A stretch of DNA of 64,000 nucleotides, from NCBI GenBank assembly GCA_018304465.1, contig JAGVWC010000012.1:74019-138018 (forward strand), read 5' to 3'. The position numbers were made by a program, and so were the translations under genes. Under the pieces are notes generated by a model. The model was given only the letters and a program-made list of their open reading frames with translations, made no database searches and was not told where the DNA came from. This document shows, one piece after another, positions 57,920-64,000 of the stretch (its first letter is position 1; each line of letters begins with the position of its first letter). Source of the stretch: Candidatus Iainarchaeum sp. (lineage in GTDB: Archaea; Iainarchaeota; Iainarchaeia; Iainarchaeales; JAGVWC01).

Positions 57920-58276
57920 TTAGGCGCCTCTTTTCTTGACGATTTTGATTTTTGAAGGGGTGACCAGGACTTTTTCCTGTGAAACGCGGGCAATGTCGCC
58001 GTTGATTCCTTCAATGCGGGCGCGCAACGCTCCGATGAGTTCTTTAAGTTTGACTTGGTTGCGTTTGTTCATGTCCGCGATGTTGAGCAAAACAAAGTTT
58101 CCTTGTTTGATTTCGTTCATGATGATTTCAACGTCTTGGTCTTTGGTGAGCATGTAGGGTTTTACCAAAGCGTCCGCGTCTTCATACATGGACTCTTCTT
58201 CGACATCGAGGTTGTTTAGAAACTCCTCAACATCCACTTCATCTTGCTTTTTGAATACTTTTTCCAAAAAAGCCAT
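57920..58276 (-). CDS. sepF: Cell division protein SepF-like (DUF552)
   Basis: ~118 aa. VKPYMLTKDQDVEIIMNEIKQGNFVLLNI...LIGALRARIEGINGDIARV...VLVTPSKIKIV matches the SepF core. Confidence 0.6.
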   Translation of the reverse strand: MAFLEKVFKKQDEVDVEEFLNNLDVEEESMYEDADALVKPYMLTKDQDVEIIMNEIKQGNFVLLNIADMNKRNQVKLKELIGALRARIEGINGDIARVSQEKVLVTPSKIKIVKKRGA

Positions 58277-58567
58277 TATTACACCTCAAAAAAATAAACT
58301 ATATCTTTTTGATCACAACTTGCTTTTAATACAATATGTTGGCTTTTAAAAAATCATCCGCTCGTGACAAGTCGCATTATACATAAGCCACCTTTGCGTT
58401 TTTTTCTCGCAACATCGCCCCCGCGGATGCGAAGACAAAAAAAAGGAGTCACTACATAATTAGTGACGTTGTTTCGACTACGGTTTCCAAAAAAAAGTAG
58501 CGGAATTGGTTTACTTCCGATAATCGATTGCATTATATTCATTTTTCGTTTGATATTAACGAATACC
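58277..58567. other. Candidate replication origin (oriC): AT-rich stretch plus inverted repeats between sepF and orc1/cdc6
   Basis: 58277..58360 is AT-rich. GTCACTA-CATAAT-TAGTGAC palindrome at 58448..58467. CGGAA-N9-TTCCG at 58501..58519. Directly upstream of orc1. Confidence 0.35.
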
Positions 58568-59812
58568 ATGACCGACCTTGTTCCGAACCCGACCCCTGTT
58601 TCTTCGCAGAATATCTTTGAAAAACATTTTTCGAATACCAAAAGTTTGTTTGTCGACCGTGAAGCGATTTCTCCGCATTTTATTCCGGAACAACTTCCGT
58701 TTCGTGAAACTCAAATTCACGAAATTTCCGAAAGCCTTTCGGCAACGCTTTCCGGAAAAAAAGCGAGTAATATTTTTTTGTACGGAAAAACCGGTACCGG
58801 AAAAACCTCTGTGACGCGCCACGTTTTGACTCAATTACTGGAATTCGCCAAAGGAAAAAATCTTCCAGTGGCCGGATTATATATTAATTGCCGGAATCAT
58901 TCCCGAAAATACCGGGTGTTGTCCAAAATCGTGGAAGACTTGTATCCCGAAGAGCGGTTCTTTGGTTTTTCATCCGGGTTCGTGTATGACAAACTCGTGG
59001 ACTGGGTATCCAAAAACAAGGCCCAATTGGTCGTGGTGCTGGACGAAATTGACAAAACCAAGGACTTGGATGAACTTGTATATTCGCTGACGCGCGCCAA
59101 CGACGAAGTCACCGGCGGGGGAATCACCTTGATCGGGATTTCAAACAACCTTTTCTTTCGCGAGCGGTTGGATCCGCGGACCAAATCGAGTTTGGTGGAA
59201 AAAGAAATGGTGTTTCCGCCGTATAACGCCGAAGAATTGCGCGCGATTTTAAATGACCGCGTCAAACGCGCGTTTGCCCCGGATTCGGTCGAGGATTCGG
59301 CCGTGAATTTGGCGGCCGCGTTTGCCGCCAACGAATCCGGAGACGCCCGGACCGCGGTAATGCTGTTGTTTCGCGCCGGAGAACTCGCGGAACAAAAAGG
59401 ATTGGAAAAAGTAACGGATGACGAAGTCAAGCGCGCCAAGAAAAAAGTCGAGGAAGAAATCATTACCAGCATGGTGTCCACGTTGCCCAAACACCAGCAA
59501 ATCCTTCTGTTTTCGCTTGCGGAGTTGTCCTTGAACAAAAAACCCCAAGCCAAGTTGACGGGCCAGCCGAGCGCGGAAAACGTGTTGTTTTCGGGAGAAA
59601 TTTACGATGAATACTGTTCGATGGCCAAAAAATTAAAGGAACCGCCCGTGTCGAGCCGCTGGTACCGCGAATACATTTCCGAGCTAGAAATGTTCGGACT
59701 GGTGTCGACCACGGCGTCCGGACAAGGATTTCGGGGAAACTCGCGAATCGTCAAGCTTGGGTTTGAACCGAGAAAAATCAGGGACCAATTGGAAAAAGAA
59801 TTACTAGGATAA
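58568..59812 (+). CDS. orc1: Orc1/Cdc6 replication initiator. The internal Met at 58568 is the likely start; the ORF track start is 58463.
   Basis: Walker A LYGKTGTGKTSV, Walker B VVVLDEID, C-terminal winged helix. Confidence 0.9.
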   Translation: MTDLVPNPTPVSSQNIFEKHFSNTKSLFVDREAISPHFIPEQLPFRETQIHEISESLSATLSGKKASNIFLYGKTGTGKTSVTRHVLTQLLEFAKGKNLPVAGLYINCRNHSRKYRVLSKIVEDLYPEERFFGFSSGFVYDKLVDWVSKNKAQLVVVLDEIDKTKDLDELVYSLTRANDEVTGGGITLIGISNNLFFRERLDPRTKSSLVEKEMVFPPYNAEELRAILNDRVKRAFAPDSVEDSAVNLAAAFAANESGDARTAVMLLFRAGELAEQKGLEKVTDDEVKRAKKKVEEEIITSMVSTLPKHQQILLFSLAELSLNKKPQAKLTGQPSAENVLFSGEIYDEYCSMAKKLKEPPVSSRWYREYISELEMFGLVSTTASGQGFRGNSRIVKLGFEPRKIRDQLEKELLG

Positions 59813-59843
59813 AAAAAAATATGAAAAAGTTATTTGGAGGGAT

Positions 59844-60179
59844 TTGATGGATTTGTTGATCATGAACACGCCGCTTCCGGACGAATACCGGATCGTCAAG
59901 GTGCTTGGCGTCGTCACGGGTTTGACGGCGCGCACGCGCGGAATCGGAGGAAAATTCATTGCGGGCATCGAAGGAATGGTCGGCGGGGAAGTCAGCGCGT
60001 TTACGTCGGAAATGGAAAAAGCGCGTTTTGAATCCATTGAACGATTAAAGCAAAAAGCGATCGCGCTTGGCGCCAATGCCATCGTGGGATTGGACCTCGA
60101 AACCACCGAAGTATACATGGGAACCGTGTTGGTGTCCGCCACGGGAACCGCGCTGGTGGTCGAGTCGCGAAAAGGGTGA
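59844..60179 (+). CDS. UPF0145/YbjQ-family protein
   Basis: GVVTGLTARTRGIGGKFIAGIEGMVGGEVSAF...ANAIVGLDLETTEV. Confidence 0.6.
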   Translation: MMDLLIMNTPLPDEYRIVKVLGVVTGLTARTRGIGGKFIAGIEGMVGGEVSAFTSEMEKARFESIERLKQKAIALGANAIVGLDLETTEVYMGTVLVSATGTALVVESRKG

Positions 60180-60394
60180 ATCCAATGGAAGCGTTGCTTG
60201 CGATTGGAATCGGCGTTGCGCTGCTGGTTTTGGCGATCGTGGTCGTGATCGCGATTCCGTTCGCCGTCATGTTTTTGGTGTTTGGCGGTTTTTTGGTTTC
60301 GGTCGTGCTTGCGGGATATTGGTATTTGAAAAACCGGGACAAAGAACAAAAACTTGTTGACGACATGAAAAAAAAGGATTCCGGCAATTACTAG
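60176..60394 (+). CDS. Small hypothetical membrane protein
   Basis: 72 aa. Two hydrophobic helices then a charged tail. Confidence 0.3.
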   Translation: MNPMEALLAIGIGVALLVLAIVVVIAIPFAVMFLVFGGFLVSVVLAGYWYLKNRDKEQKLVDDMKKKDSGNY

Positions 60395-61704
60395 TTTTCG
60401 CGCAGGTAACCCCAGCTGTGGAGTTTGTCGGTGTCTTCGAACCAGCGATCGCCGATGTCTTTTCGATAGTACATGTTCGGGATTCGGATGTTTTTGATGC
60501 GGTTGTACGCCATTTTTTGAGCGTCGCGCATGGTTTGACCGGTGCCGCATACCAATAAAACGATTCCCGAATCCCCGGTCACGACCCATTCGTTGTCAAC
60601 TTTTTTGACGTCTTCGATGTGGATGCCGTTGAATTCCGGTTTTTTGAACGTGATGACCGCGTCTTTGGAGTACGCTTCGAATGTTTTCCGGTCCTGGTAC
60701 GGAAACGGAGGCACAACAATGTATACGCCGAGTTGGAACCCGCTTTTGCATTTGAGTTTGTATGTCGTTCCGCGGGCCAGTTCGAACAAAAATTCCCCCA
60801 TAGGAGAAATCATTCCTTCTTGCTGGATTGCGATCGTGGGGTAACCGAATCTGGCCGTGAACTCAAGCGGATAGATTCCGTTGCTGTTGACGATACAATT
60901 GATGTCGATGTAACCCACGAATTTTTCTTCCGCGAGTTTTGGTTCCATTTTTTTTAAGGTGTGATTGAAAATCTTATTGGGTTCCGACCAGAACATGGAA
61001 GTACCCATTTCGCCTGTGGCCACGCCAAGTTCTCCCGGAAACAATCGTTTGTGTTCGAAATTCACGTTGATCGGAGTGATGAATTCTTTTCCGTTAAAAA
61101 AACCGCCGACCGCGACTTCGACGCCTTTGATTCTTTTTTGCAGTTGAAACGACTTGATCTTGTTGGCGTACACTTTTTTGTAGGATTCAAGCACCTTGAT
61201 CACGTCTTTTCCGTCTTCTTCTTCGCCGACAAACAATAATCCTTTTTGGTTTTGAGCGGTTCCGCTCGGCTTGATCACGTATTGTCCTGGGTTTTGCTGG
61301 ACGTACACGATCGCTTCGTCAAACGAAGTGAAGTCGGCCTGTGGCATGATGGGAATGCCGGCGTTTTTCATTTCGTTTTGTCCGAACGCGCGGTTGTCTT
61401 CGAGCAAATCCGTGAACGGGGTTCCGCCAACGACTAGTTTTCCTTCGTCGCGGAGTTTTTTGGCTTTGGCGCCTTGGCCTTCGACGTCGTCGAAAACGAT
61501 GATATCCGCCCAGCCGATTTCTTTTTTCCAGTCGTCGGTTTTGGGAACGAATCCATCGCCGACTTCCTTGAACTCGGAGCTATCAATGTACAATTTGACG
61601 TTGTGTCCTTCTTTCACGACTTGCCAGGCGATATCCGCGATATTCGAATCCACGGAAACGAACAGGAATTTTTTTTTGATAGGAGTTGTGGAAGGTGGTT
61701 CCAT
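60391..61704 (-). CDS. PurD-like ATP-grasp ligase (phosphoribosylamine-glycine ligase family, divergent)
   Basis: C-terminal ...AQKMAYNRIKNI...YRKDIGDRW resembles PurD ...AQKRAY...CRKDIGWRA. ATP-grasp YVIKPSG. Confidence 0.55.
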   Translation of the reverse strand: MEPPSTTPIKKKFLFVSVDSNIADIAWQVVKEGHNVKLYIDSSEFKEVGDGFVPKTDDWKKEIGWADIIVFDDVEGQGAKAKKLRDEGKLVVGGTPFTDLLEDNRAFGQNEMKNAGIPIMPQADFTSFDEAIVYVQQNPGQYVIKPSGTAQNQKGLLFVGEEEDGKDVIKVLESYKKVYANKIKSFQLQKRIKGVEVAVGGFFNGKEFITPINVNFEHKRLFPGELGVATGEMGTSMFWSEPNKIFNHTLKKMEPKLAEEKFVGYIDINCIVNSNGIYPLEFTARFGYPTIAIQQEGMISPMGEFLFELARGTTYKLKCKSGFQLGVYIVVPPFPYQDRKTFEAYSKDAVITFKKPEFNGIHIEDVKKVDNEWVVTGDSGIVLLVCGTGQTMRDAQKMAYNRIKNIRIPNMYYRKDIGDRWFEDTDKLHSWGYLREN

Positions 61705-61870
61705 GTAATAAAAACGAAGTCGTGCTATTTAAAGTTTCCAGTTCAGGAAAAATAAAAAATATTAACGAAATAAATCTTTTTTTTGGCCTGTGGGTTTCGA
61801 GGCAACTGCGGGGAACCAGCTGAACACGCGTCGGAATCGAAACGGTCTTGCGTTTGCCCAGAAAAAATAG

Positions 61871-63973
61871 TCATTGCCCGAGTTGTTGCTTGACTTTTTG
61901 GGCGGTTTCTTGTCCGATGAGCACAGCCAGATCTTGAATGTCGATTTTTTTGAGATCTGTTACGCTTCGGACATTGTTGTGCCACAAGCGCCGGGCGCGC
62001 ACGCGTCCGATTCCGCGTAATTGCGTGAGGATCAGCAGGTCTTCGCGTACTCCGTATTTGAGGCGCGCTTTGAGTTTGTTGATTGGTCCGACGTGGCGTT
62101 GTTCTCCGATCAAGGCGGCGAGTTCTGATAAACAAAACGATAACCAGTCGCAGCGCACGAGTTTCGCGTGAAGAATTCCGGGTTGAACATTGAAATCCTC
62201 GACGAGTTGGCGTTCGGGTTTTTCATTGATCCATTCTTCCAGCAACTCGGCCGTGAAGAATTTTTTGAGCAGGTTCGGGTCCGAATACATTTCGGCGGAT
62301 AACTCAATGGGCAATTCGGGCTGGCTTTCTCCCAGACGCTCCCAAACCAGGGGTTCTACTTTTTTCGGAACGGAAATCAAGGGCGCAAGCTCAGCGGTTT
62401 GGGAGAACAAGAACAAATACGTAAACGGCGAAAACCCGTGTTTTCGCTTGAGTCCCGAAATCAAGTCGAACGCCGAAAGCGGGTCCAGATACAGTTCGGC
62501 CACGCGTCGGCCCAATGGAGTGGCACGGAACCGTTTTTCGTCTTTTTCGACAAAACCCATATCCGTGAGTTCGCCGAGCACGTCCACGAGTTGGGCGATC
62601 AAAGCGTCGAGTTTTTTGTATTGTTTGGCGTAAAACGTTTTCGAAAAAAATTCGTTTAGGGAATCCAGATCGGATACGTATTCTGTTGCGACCGCCGCCA
62701 GCAAGTGGCTTCGCAGCACGGGTTCGAAACCGAGTTTGGATTCGGTGGGTTCCAGTGGACCGCGCACGTAGGTTTCGATCAAGTCGTCGGTTTCAACGGA
62801 AGTATTGGCCAATAAAATGGCTTCGCCTTTGGAATCGAATTTGGGTCTTCCGGCGCGACCCGCCATTTGTTTGTATTCGGAAACGGAGATGCGTTCGCTT
62901 CCGAATCGTCCGTAACGATAGATGGTGGGAATAATCACGCGAAACGCGGGAACGTTAATGCCAGCAGCCAACGTCGGCGTCGCGCAAATGACTTTTACCA
63001 GGTTTTTTTTGAACGCGCTTTCGACGATTTTTCGCTGTTTTTCAAGCAGTCCCGCGTGGTGAAACGCGACGCCGCGTTCCACGAGTTTGGAGAGAATTTC
63101 ACATTGTTCCGTGGGGGTTTCCAACGTGTGCAGGATCGCGTGGCTTGCTTTTTTCAGTCGTTGTTTGGCGGCGGGAGTAAGCGTTTCTTCGGTGAGCGAC
63201 GCGATTTTTTTGGCGATGCCCTGGGCATTGGGACGCGTGTTCGCAAAAACGAGGCATTGCTTGTTTTTTTGGTGCAGGGTATCGTGAACCAATGCCTTGA
63301 CGCCATCGCGCTCCGAATACGCAACGGGTTCCAGCTCGTTGGAAAACCGGATTTCGCCGTCGTAGTACACGCCTTCGCGAAGCGGAACCGGCCGATAGTC
63401 GCTTTGAACCAATCGGGCGGACAGCCATTCCGCGATCTGGTTCGCGTTTGGAATCGTGGCGGAAAGACACACGACGCGGATATGGGGGTTGGTAGCGAGA
63501 AATTTGGTGATTGCCATTTCGAGCGTTGGTCCGCGGTCGGTTCCGAGCATGTGCACTTCATCGACGATCAATATTCCCACGTCTTTGAGCCATTCGGCTT
63601 TGTGACGAAGCAGTGAATCGACTTTTTCGTAGGTGGAAAAAATCATGTCAAATCGTTGCAGATAGTGCGACGCGGAGTCGTAGTCTCCCGTGGACAACGC
63701 GAAACGGATTTTGTGTTTCGAGCCGTATTTTTTTTTGAAATCGTGAAAATGTTCGCTGGCAAGCGCACGAAGCGGCGCCATGTAGATCGCTTTTTGTTTT
63801 TTGTTCAGGATGAAATCAAGTCCGCATAGTTCCGCGATAATGGTTTTTCCCGAGGCCGTTGGCGAGGCAATGACGATGTTTTGATCGAATAATCCGGTGG
63901 AAAGCGCTTTTTCCTGCATTGGATTGAAACCGGAGAAACCGTTGGCGTCGCGAACGAAAGCGGGGATGTCCAT
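61871..63973 (-). CDS. hel308: Ski2-type DNA helicase Hel308/Hjm. The ORF track extends to 63991.
   Basis: ASPTASGKT (Walker A), DEVH, SAT and helicase C motifs. C-terminal HhH domain. Confidence 0.8.
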   Translation of the reverse strand: MDIPAFVRDANGFSGFNPMQEKALSTGLFDQNIVIASPTASGKTIIAELCGLDFILNKKQKAIYMAPLRALASEHFHDFKKKYGSKHKIRFALSTGDYDSASHYLQRFDMIFSTYEKVDSLLRHKAEWLKDVGILIVDEVHMLGTDRGPTLEMAITKFLATNPHIRVVCLSATIPNANQIAEWLSARLVQSDYRPVPLREGVYYDGEIRFSNELEPVAYSERDGVKALVHDTLHQKNKQCLVFANTRPNAQGIAKKIASLTEETLTPAAKQRLKKASHAILHTLETPTEQCEILSKLVERGVAFHHAGLLEKQRKIVESAFKKNLVKVICATPTLAAGINVPAFRVIIPTIYRYGRFGSERISVSEYKQMAGRAGRPKFDSKGEAILLANTSVETDDLIETYVRGPLEPTESKLGFEPVLRSHLLAAVATEYVSDLDSLNEFFSKTFYAKQYKKLDALIAQLVDVLGELTDMGFVEKDEKRFRATPLGRRVAELYLDPLSAFDLISGLKRKHGFSPFTYLFLFSQTAELAPLISVPKKVEPLVWERLGESQPELPIELSAEMYSDPNLLKKFFTAELLEEWINEKPERQLVEDFNVQPGILHAKLVRCDWLSFCLSELAALIGEQRHVGPINKLKARLKYGVREDLLILTQLRGIGRVRARRLWHNNVRSVTDLKKIDIQDLAVLIGQETAQKVKQQLGQ

Positions 63974-64000
63974 ATGAAATATTTCCTTCAACCAAATGGA

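Noticed and set aside
62867-63616. 249-aa plus-strand ORF inside hel308
   Set aside because: Antisense to the conserved helicase motifs. No homology signal.
1-64000. CRISPR arrays, IS elements, integrases, rRNA genes
   Set aside because: No regularly spaced direct repeats, no transposase/integrase-like ORFs and no rRNA-like segments were seen. The window is almost entirely core genes.

Overview
Archaeal contig, probably a small-genome lineage (many lysine-rich extensions on conserved proteins). Two things are absent: inteins in aIF5B and PolD, and adk/cmk in the spc operon. Most of the window is conserved information-processing machinery, almost all on the + strand. The main block is a near-complete archaeal ribosomal super-operon, uL3 through uL15-SecY, with the SUI1 and RNase P Rpp29 inserts. 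It is followed by a DUF106 insertase-like protein, L34e, L14e, the S13-S4-S11-Rpo3 block, a tRNA-Leu(UAA) with a 25-nt intron, L18e-L13-S9-Rpo10-S2, a TrmB-like regulator and GluRS. Next come the L7Ae-S28e-L24e-Ndk-dUTPase-aIF5B-S6e-aIF2gamma-PIN-Rpo7-Spt4-S24e-S27ae cluster, Kae1, a bacterial-type grpE-dnaK-dnaJ operon with a divergent wHTH regulator, Bud32-S15-S3Ae, a membrane/lipid module (DUF92, SppA, CDP-archaeol synthase, an archaeosortase-like protein, SecF/SecD), Nog1 and UPF0147. A replication module closes the window: PolD small and large subunits, SepF, a candidate oriC, Orc1/Cdc6, a PurD-like ATP-grasp protein and a Hel308 helicase. The accessory content is limited to two secreted CarboxypepD_reg-like paralogs, each followed by the same GC hairpin plus T-tract; a tandem pair of BofA-like 86-aa membrane proteins; an HExxH membrane metalloprotease; a protease-only Lon-like S16 protein; and a probable frameshift in rpsE (S5). 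No CRISPR array, transposase or rRNA gene is evident.
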